A stretch of 64,000 nucleotides of DNA from a virus (IMGVR_UViG_3300044856_000241:1-64000); one strand, 5' to 3'; shown: positions 19,176-29,844, counted from the stretch's first letter. A program made the numbers and translations. The notes: a model not told the origin generated them from the letters alone.

Positions 19176-22100
19176 CAGACATTAGTATGTCACCGAAAGA
19201 ATATCATATTATTCTATCGAATAGAAATATGGCTCATTATGGTGAAATTCAAAATATCGATCAAAGTACAGTGAATGTCAATCTAAATTTCAATTCAGCC
19301 GACGAGTTATCATTTACTGTATACAAAACATTGGATAACAGAGAATGTAGATTATGGGATAAGATTGTTGATCTGAAATTGGTATATGTCGTAGAACTAA
19401 ATGAGTACTTTCAAATTGAAACGCCACTTACTGATGCTGATTCGACATACAAGACGGTCACAGGCACTTCTCTTTGCGAGGCAGAGCTAGGTCAAATTAT
19501 CTTACGAAGTGTATATATCAATACGGAAGATGATATCGACAGAGATGATTATGTTCCGACAATCTTCTATGATCCGAATAAACCAGAAGGCTCTCTCCTG
19601 CATCGTATCCTAAAATCTGCACCTCATTACCATATTGGACATGTAGATGATAGCTTAAAAACGCTTCAGCGTACATTTGAAATAGACGGCACTTCTATCT
19701 ACGACTTCTTCACCGGTGATTGTGCGGAGCAATTTAATTGTATCTTTATATTCGATACACTGACACGGACGATTAATGTATACGATCTCTATACTGTCTG
19801 TAATAAATGTGGACACCGTGGAGAATATGACTATGTGTGTCCTAAATGTGGTAGCGATGATTTAAAGTATTATGGAGAAGATACAACTATCGCTGTATCC
19901 AAAGAGAATCTTACAGAAGAGATAGATTATTCTACCGATGTAGATAGTATTAAGAATTGTTTTAAATTAGTTGCAGGTGATGATGATATGACTGCAACAG
20001 TAATCAATAATAATCCAAATGGTTCCAGTTATTATTGGGCTTGGTCTGATTTCCAAAAAGAAGATATGTCAGAAGAACTTAGAAATAAGCTTACTTCTTA
20101 TAATGAATTGTACAAATCTAAGCAACCAGAATATTCAAAAATAATGGAGAATGTATATAACTGTATAGATAAGATTGGTTATTATACAAGCTCTATGATG
20201 CCAGATCATGAACATCCAGTAATTACAGCTGCTGGTGAAGCTGAAAAATTGAATAATACATCTCTTAGTCCACTCGGACTTTCTTCTGTCACAACATCCA
20301 CTTCTATTGCCACTGTTGAATCTGCTCTGAAAAATTATGCCAAAGTATATGTAAAATCTGCGTATGTGAAATTAGAAATAGTTGAGGGAGAATGGGATTA
20401 CGAAGGAACCGATGAGAACGGTAATCATTACGGTTACTGGAAAGGCAGAATAAAAGTAACAAATTATTCTGACGAGAAAGATGTTGCATATTCTGATTAT
20501 TTAAATATCAAAGTATATGATTTGTATGAAGATTTCTTAAAACAGAAAATCGATAAAGTTATTGCTAAAGAAAATGATGATGAGGGAAGTATTTACGATG
20601 TTCTTTCAATTAAAGTATATAAAGAAGATGGGAAAACTGAGAATCAGGAAGCAACTTTAGAAAAATTCAAAGAAGCATTAACATATTATTCATTAAATCG
20701 TTTAAAAGCATTTCATGATGCTGTGCAAAGTTGTATTGATATTATGATCCAAGAGGATCAAGCTTCTGAAACGGCAGACTTATACAATACAATGTACAAA
20801 CCATATAAAGCAAAACTTGATGCAATCCAGGAAGAAATGGATAAGCGACAAGCGACCATTGATGAATGGAATAAAAAATACAATGATTATACTTCACAGC
20901 AACAGACGATTCAGAAAGAGCTAAATTTTGAGTCATATCTTGGGGAAGACTTATTTTTAGAAATGTCAGCGTATCGTCGTGACGATACTTATCAGAATGA
21001 CAATTTTATTTCGGATGGCTTAGATAATGCAGAACTGTTCAAAAAGGCAAATGAATTTTTGGATGCAGCCAAGAAAGAAATTCTCAAAGCATGTACTCCA
21101 CAACATACTATCACTTCTACTCTATACAATCTTTTAAAATTACCGGCGTTCAAACCAATTGTAAATCATTTTAAACTTGGTAACTGGATCAGATTTTTAA
21201 TTGACGGTCACGTATACCGGCTTAGATTAATTAAAATTGGTTATGACAACAGTGATGACACGAAATTAACAACAGAATTTTCTAATCTTACTGTGTCTCC
21301 AGATGTCAAGAGCGATGTTGCTTCTATTCTATCGGCTGCTCAATCTATGAGTACAAGTTATTCCTATGTGGCAAAACAAGCTGAAAGTGGTAACAAAGCA
21401 CAATCCGCGCTTGCTGATATCCAGAAGAATGGATTAGATTCATCTTTGTATGAGATTAAAAATGCAGATAATCAAGAACTTACATATTCAAAACATGGTC
21501 TGTTATTTCGAAAACATGATGATAATACAGACACTTACGACCCTGAGCAGCTTATTGCTACAGGAAACAAAATTGCATTTACCAGGAATGCTTGGAAATC
21601 TGTTTCATCTGTAATTGGTAAGCAAAGATACAGTCTGAATGGTATTACATATGAAAAATATGGCGTGAATGTAGATTTTATGCTTTCTGGAGAAATAATC
21701 TCTGGTGACATTTATTCTTTAAACTATAAAACAGATTCAGACGGGAATATTACAAATGGTACGCACATCGATCTTAAAAAGGGGAATTTTGATTTTGCAG
21801 GTGGGAAGTTGCATTATAATTCAGATGAAAATGTATTGGAATTGACCGGACTTATCAAGGGTTCTCGAATCGAAGGAGGTTCTTTACTTATCGGTGATAT
21901 GAACAGTAATCATTATGCAGAGATCGATGAGAATGGTAATATGACGGCTGCCGGAGTTACTATCATTGGTGGAACTTTTGAATCTGGAGATCTTGGTATG
22001 AGTTTTGAAAAAGTACATATTAAGAATTCAGATATTAACGGCGGATCTTTATCAGTATCAAATGCAGATAAATCAGTATATACAGAAATTTCAACGGACG

Positions 22101-22921
22101 GCTTGTTATCTGCAAAAGGATGTAATATTTCCGGTACTCTTTCAGGAACATTTGATGGTACTTTTGATGGCGTTCTTGATTTAACTAATGGTTCTATTGC
22201 TGGGAGAAAAATCAATACTACATCTGTATACTTTGATAATGGCTCAAAAAGTTCTGGTGTAAATTCTAATGGTTCGTATTCTTTTTGGGCTGGATCTACT
22301 TATGCTAATAGAAATTCTGCGCCACTCAGAGTTTCACACACAGGTAAAGTTTATGCTACAGATGTAATTATTGGGTCTGCTAAATCAAGCAATTTTAAAT
22401 TTGATGGTATTAACATTGTTGGTTCAAATGCGTTAAATTATCAGACAGTAACGATTTCAAATGATAACGGATCAATCACATTATATGATGAAAATGGTGA
22501 AAACGAAACAACCATCTCGCCAAATAAGATTGAGCTAACAAATCCGAACAGCCAGTTGATTATCAATGGTACAAAATTAAGGATTGCTTCAACAGAACAT
22601 TATGGAGATAGACTATTATACTGTTACGAAATGACTGAACCGATGTTCGGGGATATTGGAGAGTCTGTTGTAAACGCAGACGGTTTTGTATATGTCGTCC
22701 TTGACCCAATATTTGTAGAAACAGTAAACACAGTAGAAAATAAATATTATGTGTCACTTACACCGTATGGCAAAGGTGAACTATATATATACGATTTGTG
22801 CTCAGATAACTTTGTTGTACGTGGTAAACCAGGACTCAAATTTTCATGGGAAGTAAAAGCAAAGCAACGTGGCTTTGAATCTTTGAGATTAGAAAAACAG
22901 AATAAGGAGAAAATGGAATAA
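19172..22921 (+). CDS. Large tail/baseplate hub-spike protein
   Basis: Tal-like N-terminus with a CNKC..CPKC zinc finger, coiled coil, Gly-rich beta repeats, and the common tail-fibre C-terminus (EPMFGDIG...FSWEVKAKQRGFE). Confidence 0.8.
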   Translation: MTDISMSPKEYHIILSNRNMAHYGEIQNIDQSTVNVNLNFNSADELSFTVYKTLDNRECRLWDKIVDLKLVYVVELNEYFQIETPLTDADSTYKTVTGTSLCEAELGQIILRSVYINTEDDIDRDDYVPTIFYDPNKPEGSLLHRILKSAPHYHIGHVDDSLKTLQRTFEIDGTSIYDFFTGDCAEQFNCIFIFDTLTRTINVYDLYTVCNKCGHRGEYDYVCPKCGSDDLKYYGEDTTIAVSKENLTEEIDYSTDVDSIKNCFKLVAGDDDMTATVINNNPNGSSYYWAWSDFQKEDMSEELRNKLTSYNELYKSKQPEYSKIMENVYNCIDKIGYYTSSMMPDHEHPVITAAGEAEKLNNTSLSPLGLSSVTTSTSIATVESALKNYAKVYVKSAYVKLEIVEGEWDYEGTDENGNHYGYWKGRIKVTNYSDEKDVAYSDYLNIKVYDLYEDFLKQKIDKVIAKENDDEGSIYDVLSIKVYKEDGKTENQEATLEKFKEALTYYSLNRLKAFHDAVQSCIDIMIQEDQASETADLYNTMYKPYKAKLDAIQEEMDKRQATIDEWNKKYNDYTSQQQTIQKELNFESYLGEDLFLEMSAYRRDDTYQNDNFISDGLDNAELFKKANEFLDAAKKEILKACTPQHTITSTLYNLLKLPAFKPIVNHFKLGNWIRFLIDGHVYRLRLIKIGYDNSDDTKLTTEFSNLTVSPDVKSDVASILSAAQSMSTSYSYVAKQAESGNKAQSALADIQKNGLDSSLYEIKNADNQELTYSKHGLLFRKHDDNTDTYDPEQLIATGNKIAFTRNAWKSVSSVIGKQRYSLNGITYEKYGVNVDFMLSGEIISGDIYSLNYKTDSDGNITNGTHIDLKKGNFDFAGGKLHYNSDENVLELTGLIKGSRIEGGSLLIGDMNSNHYAEIDENGNMTAAGVTIIGGTFESGDLGMSFEKVHIKNSDINGGSLSVSNADKSVYTEISTDGLLSAKGCNISGTLSGTFDGTFDGVLDLTNGSIAGRKINTTSVYFDNGSKSSGVNSNGSYSFWAGSTYANRNSAPLRVSHTGKVYATDVIIGSAKSSNFKFDGINIVGSNALNYQTVTISNDNGSITLYDENGENETTISPNKIELTNPNSQLIINGTKLRIASTEHYGDRLLYCYEMTEPMFGDIGESVVNADGFVYVVLDPIFVETVNTVENKYYVSLTPYGKGELYIYDLCSDNFVVRGKPGLKFSWEVKAKQRGFESLRLEKQNKEKME

Positions 22922-23170
22922 ATGAACAAATCTATTATAGTATCAATTGAAGAATTAAAACATAATTTAGTAAATGTTATTAATCAGGCTGGTGTCTCAC
23001 CATACTTTGTTGAGATTGTCCTAAGAGATATCTATTCAGAAGTTAAGAATGCTGCTAACCAGCAAGTAGAAACTGAGATGCAGAAATACTTAAAAGAGAA
23101 TGATGCTGAGGCAAAAGAACCAGTAGAGGTTGATAAAAATGAAGATATTAATACAAGAGACCCGATGTAA
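22922..23170 (+). CDS. Small tail-associated hypothetical protein
   Basis: Directly follows the tail gene. Confidence 0.65.
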   Translation: MNKSIIVSIEELKHNLVNVINQAGVSPYFVEIVLRDIYSEVKNAANQQVETEMQKYLKENDAEAKEPVEVDKNEDINTRDPM

Positions 23171-23254
23171 GGGTCTCTTTTTTTATTTGGAAAGAAACGA
23201 AGATACTGACACAAGAGACCCGATGTAAGGGTCTCTTTTTTTTATTTGGAAAGA
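23141..23254 (+). repeat. Tandem duplication (58-nt period) of a terminator hairpin
   Basis: ACAAGAGACCCGATGTAAGGGTCTCTTTTTTT(T)ATTTGGAAAGA occurs twice. Confidence 0.9.
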
Positions 23255-23264
23255 GGTGAATGAT

Positions 23265-24392
23265 TTGGCAGAGATTACAAATGTAAAAAAAATCAGAGCA
23301 GATTTATATGATAATTCTGTTGTTATTGCCAGAGCAAAACAATATGATAAAGCCACAAGATATTTAAATATCACATGTACAAATGACGGTGAAGTTGTAC
23401 CAATTCTGTCTAGTGAATGTCGTGCTATGGCAAAGATTTTAACTCCGGACGGGAGAAATATTCATGATACAGCATTGATCAACGACAGCGACGGGACAAT
23501 TACCGTAGAGCTTACCGATAGCATTTTACATACTGCTGGTTCTGCTTATATTGATGTAAATTTATATAGTAAGTCTAAAGAAGCGTTATTGACCAGTATG
23601 ACGATTAAATTGATTATTGCCAGAAGTGTGTACGATGACGGAAGAGAAATCAATTCTGACGAGTTTAATGCGCTTACAGACCTTTTGGCAGAAGTAGTAA
23701 AGTCAGAGAATGATAGAACGACTGCTGAAAATATTCGTATAACAAATGAAAAAGACAGACAAGACCATGAAGCAGAACGCCAGAAAAACGAACGTGTTCG
23801 TAAGAATGCTGAAAATGCAAGGATTGCGAATGAAGATAAGCGTACTTCACATTTTAATGACATGATACGTATTGCTGATGAAAAAACAAAAGAGGCAGAA
23901 AATGTAAATATTGAAGCATGGGCTACTCCTGCTGATCCAGATGCACAAGACAAAGGCATTAAAGAATACGGATTTATAGCAACAAATCGGAAAGGAGAAA
24001 AGCTTAAATCTCCAAATTTATTGAATCATATTTCTATTGGAACAGTTACATCAAGCGCGTCTGGTTCAGATGCAGAAGCTGAATTGACAGGTGTGTGGAA
24101 CGACCAGAAACTGAATCTTGTGTTACCACGCGGAGAACGTGGTGGAAAAGGAACTGGATTTTATAGATATAATGGAGAATTGATATCTACTAACACAAGC
24201 TGCTTACGAAATTCTATCCAACCTTCTGGAGAATTATTTGTAGGTGATACTATTATTGACACTAATGGTGAGATGTTTATGGTAACAAAAGATTATTCGT
24301 CTGGAAGTACCGTAAGTATTAAATATATCAACGGGTTGATCGATTATATGACAGTTGAAGAATTTGATGCAATTTTTGCAGAAAATAAATAA
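23265..24392 (+). CDS. BppU-family upper baseplate protein
   Basis: AKQYDKATRYLNITCTNDG...GTITVELTD N-terminus, coiled coil, LNLVLPRGERG. Start TTG 23265 after GAGGTG. Confidence 0.8.
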   Translation: MAEITNVKKIRADLYDNSVVIARAKQYDKATRYLNITCTNDGEVVPILSSECRAMAKILTPDGRNIHDTALINDSDGTITVELTDSILHTAGSAYIDVNLYSKSKEALLTSMTIKLIIARSVYDDGREINSDEFNALTDLLAEVVKSENDRTTAENIRITNEKDRQDHEAERQKNERVRKNAENARIANEDKRTSHFNDMIRIADEKTKEAENVNIEAWATPADPDAQDKGIKEYGFIATNRKGEKLKSPNLLNHISIGTVTSSASGSDAEAELTGVWNDQKLNLVLPRGERGGKGTGFYRYNGELISTNTSCLRNSIQPSGELFVGDTIIDTNGEMFMVTKDYSSGSTVSIKYINGLIDYMTVEEFDAIFAENK

Positions 24393-24395
24393 TTT

Positions 24396-24447
24396 TAGGG
24401 GTATACAAAAATATCAATTAAGATACTTTGTATACCCCTATTTTTTA
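24396..24447 (+). terminator. Terminator ending the tail operon
   Basis: TAGGGGTATACAAA/TTTGTATACCCCTA plus T tract. Confidence 0.75.
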
Positions 24448-24509
24448 CGATTTTTGATTGTCATTTTTTTATTAATTCCTTTTTACACTGTTACTATATT
24501 AAGGCTTTT

Positions 24510-24810
24510 TCGTACACCATTTACTACACCAATCACTACACCAATTTTGCAATTTACACCATTTTTTACACCAATTTTTGTGGTGAAACGTGATATCATG
24601 TTATAAAACGTGAATTTGGCTAACATGCTACAAACCCAGTAAACATGCGGGTTCCCAGTGTTTATAAAGGTTTTAAACGTTTTACTTAGTTAATATGATG
24701 CTTATTCTCCAGTATCAAGCAATCCCTCCTTCTCCTGTTCGGAAAGCCTTGATTTTAAAGGGTTTCTTTATAACTAAATATATAAGTTTACACCAATTTT
24801 ACACCAATTA
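24510..24810. promoter_or_regulatory. attP-like site: integrase arm-type repeats flanking a core
   Basis: Five TACACCA repeats at 24513-24573 and two at 24790-24807; imperfect palindromes AAACCC..GGGTT and AGCCTT..AAGGGTT between them; next to the integrase 3' end. Confidence 0.7.
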
Positions 24811-25935
24811 CCCAATATTGAGATATTTTTGAACTTTTTCTATTTCATAACCTCTTTCATCATCAAGCAAATCTACATATAAATCCATTGTAGTTGTAAT
24901 TGTTGAATGTCCCATTATGTGTTGAAGTGTTTTTGGTTTCATTCCAGCCTCTATGCAACGAGTAGCAAAAGTATGCCGCAGAGAATGTGTTGAAAAAGGT
25001 TCTATATTATATTTTTCACAATAAATTTTAATCGTTCTTCTATAAGTAGCTCTTGGAGAAATATTGCCACTTTTATTTAAAAAAATATTATTTTTATACT
25101 GGATATTAATAACTTTTAATTTTGAGTTTTTGTTTCTTTGTTTTTTTAAAATTTGTATAGCTTCGTCTGTCAATGGAATATCTCTGATACTACTTTTTGT
25201 TTTAGGTGTTCCAAGTTTTTGAGAATGTTTGATCGATGTTTCAATATTTTTTGTAACATGCAGGACTTTTTTATCAAAATCTACATCATCCCATGTTAAA
25301 GCAATAACTTCACCAATACGCATTCCGGTTTGTAATATAAATGAAAATTCATTATATTGAGCACAATTTACCATCCTTTGCAAAAAATCTTTTTGTTCTT
25401 GTATTGTTAATGATCTCTTATGTTTGCTTGGTGTACCATTTACTTTTACGTTTTTTGTAACGGGATTCGTTTGAATTATTGCATTTTCAACAGCAGATTC
25501 AAAGCAAGCATACATTATCATCCTTGCTTGCTTAACAAAACCATTCGCTCTATTTTTGTTGGCTAATGTAGTTAAGACATTTGTGCAATGCAATGGCTTT
25601 ATTTCTTGTATTGTCATATTCCCTATTATTGGCAATATGTTATTTTTACCCTGAGAGATATAAGACACCATTGTACTATCTTTTATGTTTGGTGATTTTA
25701 TATTTTCCAACCAATACCAAAACCATTTTTCAAAAATAGGATTTTCAGAGTATAATGCATTGCCATGTGCTACTTCGTATTGTGTATCAGCAACCCATTT
25801 TCTACAATCAGCTAATTTTTTAAAATATTTTTGTACTCTTTTTCCATTTTTATCTGTTACTCTTCCGCTATATAAACCATCTTTTCTTTGACTAATGCCG
25901 GTACCAAGTTCTTTTCCTTTTAAGCTTTTTCCCAT
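24808..25935 (-). CDS. int: Tyrosine integrase (Tn916/phage type)
   Basis: TGMRIGE, HSLRHTFATR and MGHSTITTTMDLY catalytic motifs. Confidence 0.95.
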   Translation of the reverse strand: MGKSLKGKELGTGISQRKDGLYSGRVTDKNGKRVQKYFKKLADCRKWVADTQYEVAHGNALYSENPIFEKWFWYWLENIKSPNIKDSTMVSYISQGKNNILPIIGNMTIQEIKPLHCTNVLTTLANKNRANGFVKQARMIMYACFESAVENAIIQTNPVTKNVKVNGTPSKHKRSLTIQEQKDFLQRMVNCAQYNEFSFILQTGMRIGEVIALTWDDVDFDKKVLHVTKNIETSIKHSQKLGTPKTKSSIRDIPLTDEAIQILKKQRNKNSKLKVINIQYKNNIFLNKSGNISPRATYRRTIKIYCEKYNIEPFSTHSLRHTFATRCIEAGMKPKTLQHIMGHSTITTTMDLYVDLLDDERGYEIEKVQKYLNIG

Positions 25936-26021
25936 ACTACACTCCTTTCCATGTACAAGGAAAAGCCTTAATATAGTAATGTTATATTACCACATAAGGC
26001 TTGTCCTTTCTATATTTCATA

Positions 26022-26225
26022 TTAGATTTCTAATGAATTTAACAAAAATTTTTCAAATTCTTTTCGTTTCACAAGAAGTTTTCTGCCTACATGAAGTGAA
26101 AATAGGCAGCGTGGATCATTTAGAAGTTCTCTAATTTTATTTACACCAATATTGCTATATTCAGAAGCTTCTTCGACAGTTAATGTAACTTTTTCCCAAA
26201 TTGGGATTTCTTTTTTGTTTACCAT
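26022..26225 (-). CDS. xis: Excisionase-like HTH protein
   Basis: IPIWEKVTLTVEEASEYSNIGVNKIRELL...VGRKLLVKRKEFEKFL; upstream of int. Confidence 0.85.
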   Translation of the reverse strand: MVNKKEIPIWEKVTLTVEEASEYSNIGVNKIRELLNDPRCLFSLHVGRKLLVKRKEFEKFLLNSLEI

Positions 26226-26226
26226 A

Positions 26227-26772
26227 TCATGCTTGCCCGGTACTTCCAAACCCACCGTCTCCTCTTTTGGTATCTTGTAGCTCATCTACTACTTCAAAGT
26301 CAACAGACAGATATGGCATGATTACTAACTGAGCGATTCTTTCCTGTGGTTCAATTGTCATCCACTCGTCAGTATCGTTATGTAGCGGTACGATGTATTC
26401 TCCACGATAATCCTCATCACATACACCAACACAGTTTGCAGGTCTTAATCCTTTTTTAGTTGCTAATCCACTTCTCGCAAAAATAGCTCCAAAGTATCCA
26501 TGAGGAATTTCTATAGCAACGCCTGTTCCAACTTTAACGGTGCTATGAGGTGCAATGGCGATTGTCTGATCTTTCTCGTCAATGCAAGCATATAAATCAT
26601 AACCGGCTGCATATTCACTACCTCTTGTCGGAATTTTTGCATAATCATATAGTTTTTTAATTTTGATTGTCTTCTCAGATTTCTTCTTTTGTTTAATAGG
26701 AGTTAAACAATCGGGACACATTTCTTCTCCATCAAAAATAGGACAATTACATTTCTGGCATCTTCTTACCAT
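26227..26772 (-). CDS. dut: Trimeric dUTPase with an N-terminal zinc ribbon
   Basis: AAGYDL, ARSGLA, GVCDEDYRGE, RIAQL and RGDGGFGSTG motifs; N-terminal CQKC..CPDC. Confidence 0.93.
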   Translation of the reverse strand: MVRRCQKCNCPIFDGEEMCPDCLTPIKQKKKSEKTIKIKKLYDYAKIPTRGSEYAAGYDLYACIDEKDQTIAIAPHSTVKVGTGVAIEIPHGYFGAIFARSGLATKKGLRPANCVGVCDEDYRGEYIVPLHNDTDEWMTIEPQERIAQLVIMPYLSVDFEVVDELQDTKRGDGGFGSTGQA

Positions 26773-26773
26773 A

Positions 26774-27196
26774 TTATTTATTCTCCTCTTCTACTTCAGT
26801 TTTCTTAGCTGGTTTATCTACACGTTTGAAGTCTGGACGCGGGTTGATTTTCTCATACAGGGTCACATAGAGAATACCGTTTTTGATATTCCAGTCGTAT
26901 CTGTCATAGGTGTCTGTGTCGATATAAATAGTTCTTTCGAAAGTAAACTCTTTATTAAGAACTTTTCCTTTTCCATAAAAATTTAAATATATAGATTTCG
27001 TTCTATTTATAAATTCTTCTTCACATTTAATTTTCATTCCAGCCACATCATAAGCGTATGTTTTGGAGTTATCTTTTTCCAAAGTTCCAATAACATTATT
27101 TGTTGCATAAATAAAAGGGTCTGTTTTCTGTAATTCTGTTGTCTGTAATGTGATTGGTGCATTTTTTAACGTATTAAGTGTTGCTTCTGTAATCAT
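26774..27196 (-). CDS. Hypothetical protein, possibly Hsp20-like fold
   Basis: FERTI..KNGILYVTL C-terminal pattern. Confidence 0.5.
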   Translation of the reverse strand: MITEATLNTLKNAPITLQTTELQKTDPFIYATNNVIGTLEKDNSKTYAYDVAGMKIKCEEEFINRTKSIYLNFYGKGKVLNKEFTFERTIYIDTDTYDRYDWNIKNGILYVTLYEKINPRPDFKRVDKPAKKTEVEEENK

Positions 27197-27202
27197 AAAA
27201 TA

Positions 27203-27838
27203 TTAATTCTCCTTTTCTAATTCAGTTTTAATGTATTTGATATATTCGTCCCATTTACCAATTGAATGAATATATTCTTTACCTTTAAGCATTTTCAGTT
27301 TCATATCTTCTTTCATTTTCTCATAGCTACCCTTTTTCTTGCACAGAGATTTCAGATATTGGTTTGTGATATATCCTACTCTCAGAGAGCGTTCACGAGG
27401 CAAATTAGCGATTATATTCTTATATTGTTGTAATTCTCCATCTGGGATTGTGTAATCGAATCTTGGTAGATTTTTTGATGAAAAAGGTGAGCGTCCTGCC
27501 GCTGAGACTTTTGGTTTTAGAAGTGGAATAATCTGATCTGAGTCTTTATATTTGAATCGAAACACTACTTCTGATGAGTTTTCATTAATATCAAATATAA
27601 GATTAGGATTGATTTCGTTGATTGCTTTAATGATATTATGTCCTCTGATAAGTGATGGAATGTATGCTTCCAATACGCTATGCCCGTAATAAAACACTTG
27701 TGTGCCATGCATACAATATATATAGAGGTCAATGTCTTCATTTGTACCGTTTAGTTTCTTAGGAAAATCATTTGTTGCTTGATCAATTGGGCACATGATA
27801 CGGTACTTTCCTTTGAATTTATCTGTTAAGAATGAAAT
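27203..27838 (-). CDS. Hypothetical phage protein
   Basis: Frame extends to ATT 27838, 6 nt after GGTGGTGA. Confidence 0.65.
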   Translation of the reverse strand: MSFLTDKFKGKYRIMCPIDQATNDFPKKLNGTNEDIDLYIYCMHGTQVFYYGHSVLEAYIPSLIRGHNIIKAINEINPNLIFDINENSSEVVFRFKYKDSDQIIPLLKPKVSAAGRSPFSSKNLPRFDYTIPDGELQQYKNIIANLPRERSLRVGYITNQYLKSLCKKKGSYEKMKEDMKLKMLKGKEYIHSIGKWDEYIKYIKTELEKEN

Positions 27839-27852
27839 GTTTTCTCACCACC

Positions 27853-28128
27853 TTAGTATTCTTCATAGTATGATTCTGATTTTACTTTTGGTTTCTTATC
27901 TTCTGCTGATTTAACAACTGATGATGCGTCTGCACGTTTGGCAAATACTTTGTCTAAATCGTTGTATGTCAGTAGGTAAGCATGTTTATCATGTTTGTCT
28001 GTTCCAACAAAGTAGTCATCCTCAATTGTACGGATTATTAACTCACATACCTCATAGATGTATGTTTGAGGAACGATTCTGGCATAATATACAGTTTTGT
28101 GCTTCTGTAGATCTTGTTTATCCAACAT
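27853..28128 (-). CDS. Hypothetical phage protein
   Basis: ORF track; fits the packed - strand operon. Confidence 0.6.
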   Translation of the reverse strand: MLDKQDLQKHKTVYYARIVPQTYIYEVCELIIRTIEDDYFVGTDKHDKHAYLLTYNDLDKVFAKRADASSVVKSAEDKKPKVKSESYYEEY

Positions 28129-29203
28129 TTTTATATCTCTTCTTTTCTTTTTTAATAATCTTCCATTCACTCATAAGGATCTGATTCGTATGAATATAGT
28201 GCATTACATCATGCCCATTTAATTTAAAATAATCTTTTAATTCTTGACCCGAATTAAACACTATTATTCTTCCATCATTTATATTTTGGATTGTGATCGA
28301 ATCAATGGTATCTAAATGATTTCTGTACGCAGATGATTCTTTTCTTGTTGTTTCACCAATTAATTCAAAATTCCATCCGTCAATATTAGAACTCACTCCA
28401 TCTCTTAGAGCATGAGAAATTACCGCTTGAGGTATTCCACATATTTTTGATGCAGCGACTTGATTATCAATAATTGCATCATATTTTAATGTGATATTCG
28501 TCATTCTAAATATTTTTGGTGATTTATTATTTTTAGGAGATTCAATAAGATGTTTGCTGATTAGTTCTTCTGAATATGTATAAAACTCTTCGAATGTAAT
28601 TATTTTATAAATATATTTTCGAGTCCTTGGTTTATAATTTTGTGATTTATATACTTTGCTAATAGTAGATATCGTAATGTTATCAATACATCTGGCACAT
28701 TCACGTAATGATCCGTATACTCCTACTACTTCATTTGTGTTTTTATCGATTACTTTGACTGGAAATGATTGACTGTCATCTTCAGCCTTCTTATTTACAG
28801 TTAATCCATCATCAACGGCTTTTTGTGAATTTTCTTTATTTGTAGTCCAATATAGATTTGATAAAATATTATTACTTTTATTGTTATCTTTATGACCTAC
28901 CTCTTTTAATATTTTAGGATTAGGATTAAAAATAAAAGCTTTTGCTTGCAATACATGCTGTCTCCGGCGTTTTACTTTGCCATCAGAAAATCGTACATTA
29001 ACATACATATAATGATTATGTTTATTCTCATATGCATATTTAGGATAAAACATATTATTGTCGTAGTCTGCATATACAATTCCAGACGGCGTAATATAAT
29101 CTGTATCACTACCTTCTATTAACGCCATTTTTTCTTGTATATCATTTCTATGGACTAATTTATCCTTATGTTTTGGTGCAAATTTACTTCTTATATAAAT
29201 CAC
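28118..29203 (-). CDS. Free-standing HNH homing endonuclease with NUMOD1-like DNA-binding repeats
   Basis: HVLQAKAFIFNP...VGHKDNNKSNNILSNLYWTTNKEN; GVYGSLRECAR. Confidence 0.85.
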   Translation of the reverse strand: MIYIRSKFAPKHKDKLVHRNDIQEKMALIEGSDTDYITPSGIVYADYDNNMFYPKYAYENKHNHYMYVNVRFSDGKVKRRRQHVLQAKAFIFNPNPKILKEVGHKDNNKSNNILSNLYWTTNKENSQKAVDDGLTVNKKAEDDSQSFPVKVIDKNTNEVVGVYGSLRECARCIDNITISTISKVYKSQNYKPRTRKYIYKIITFEEFYTYSEELISKHLIESPKNNKSPKIFRMTNITLKYDAIIDNQVAASKICGIPQAVISHALRDGVSSNIDGWNFELIGETTRKESSAYRNHLDTIDSITIQNINDGRIIVFNSGQELKDYFKLNGHDVMHYIHTNQILMSEWKIIKKEKKRYKNVG

Positions 29204-29382
29204 TCCTTTGTTTTAACGTATAGACCACAGTGGCATTCACCAGACTCTTGTTCACGAAATTCTTTGCACATACATTTTGTGTCTTCATTTTTTAGAAGCC
29301 TGCACGGGCAATACCCATCATTTTTAATAAGTCGTTTCCGAATATCGGTCACGAGTTCCTTATCTTCATTTAATTTGATCAT
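29200..29382 (-). CDS. Ferredoxin-thioredoxin reductase catalytic-subunit-like protein
   Basis: YCPC...CMC...CHCGLY triple CxC motif. Confidence 0.8.
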   Translation of the reverse strand: MIKLNEDKELVTDIRKRLIKNDGYCPCRLLKNEDTKCMCKEFREQESGECHCGLYVKTKE

Positions 29383-29844
29383 TTAACTAATCTCCTCTGC
29401 GTATTGGTTATCACTTGCTAAATAAACGCCAAGTACATCATCGAAATGTTTTTTATCGTTTGGAATATATCTTCCGAATTTAATGATAATATTTTGATAT
29501 GTAGACAAATGTTCAATTTTTTCAGAAAGTTCATTTTTGTTATAACCTGTATAAATCACAATATCATCATCACATTTTCTTCTAATTGCTTCTATCAATT
29601 CAACAAGTTCATAATAAGAATCAAATGGTTCTAAACCTTGCATTACAATTGCTTCGGTAATAGGGTTCCCGATGTATCTACTTACAATATTCTCTGTTGA
29701 TAATTCAATATCTGGTTCTTTTGCTAAAGAAGTGTTTTGACAATAATCCGACCCACATTTAAAATTGCAGGTCGGAAACATAATTGTCATAGAAGGCTTC
29801 TTATAATTAACAAAATCCTCAGAAATAATTCCTTTGATTTTCAT
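29383..29844 (-). CDS. nrdG: Anaerobic ribonucleotide reductase activase (radical SAM)
   Basis: CNFKCGSDYC, GLEPF, IVIYTGY, LASDNQYA; next to nrdD. Confidence 0.85.
   Translation of the reverse strand: MKIKGIISEDFVNYKKPSMTIMFPTCNFKCGSDYCQNTSLAKEPDIELSTENIVSRYIGNPITEAIVMQGLEPFDSYYELVELIEAIRRKCDDDIVIYTGYNKNELSEKIEHLSTYQNIIIKFGRYIPNDKKHFDDVLGVYLASDNQYAEEIS

Noticed and set aside
19172-24392. Diversity-generating retroelement or invertible tail-fibre cassette
   Set aside because: No reverse transcriptase, invertase or template/variable repeat pair was seen in the window.
28118-29203. HNH and GIY-YIG genes as intron-encoded
   Set aside because: Both lie between or overlap intact genes, with no flanking intron core seen; treated as free-standing.
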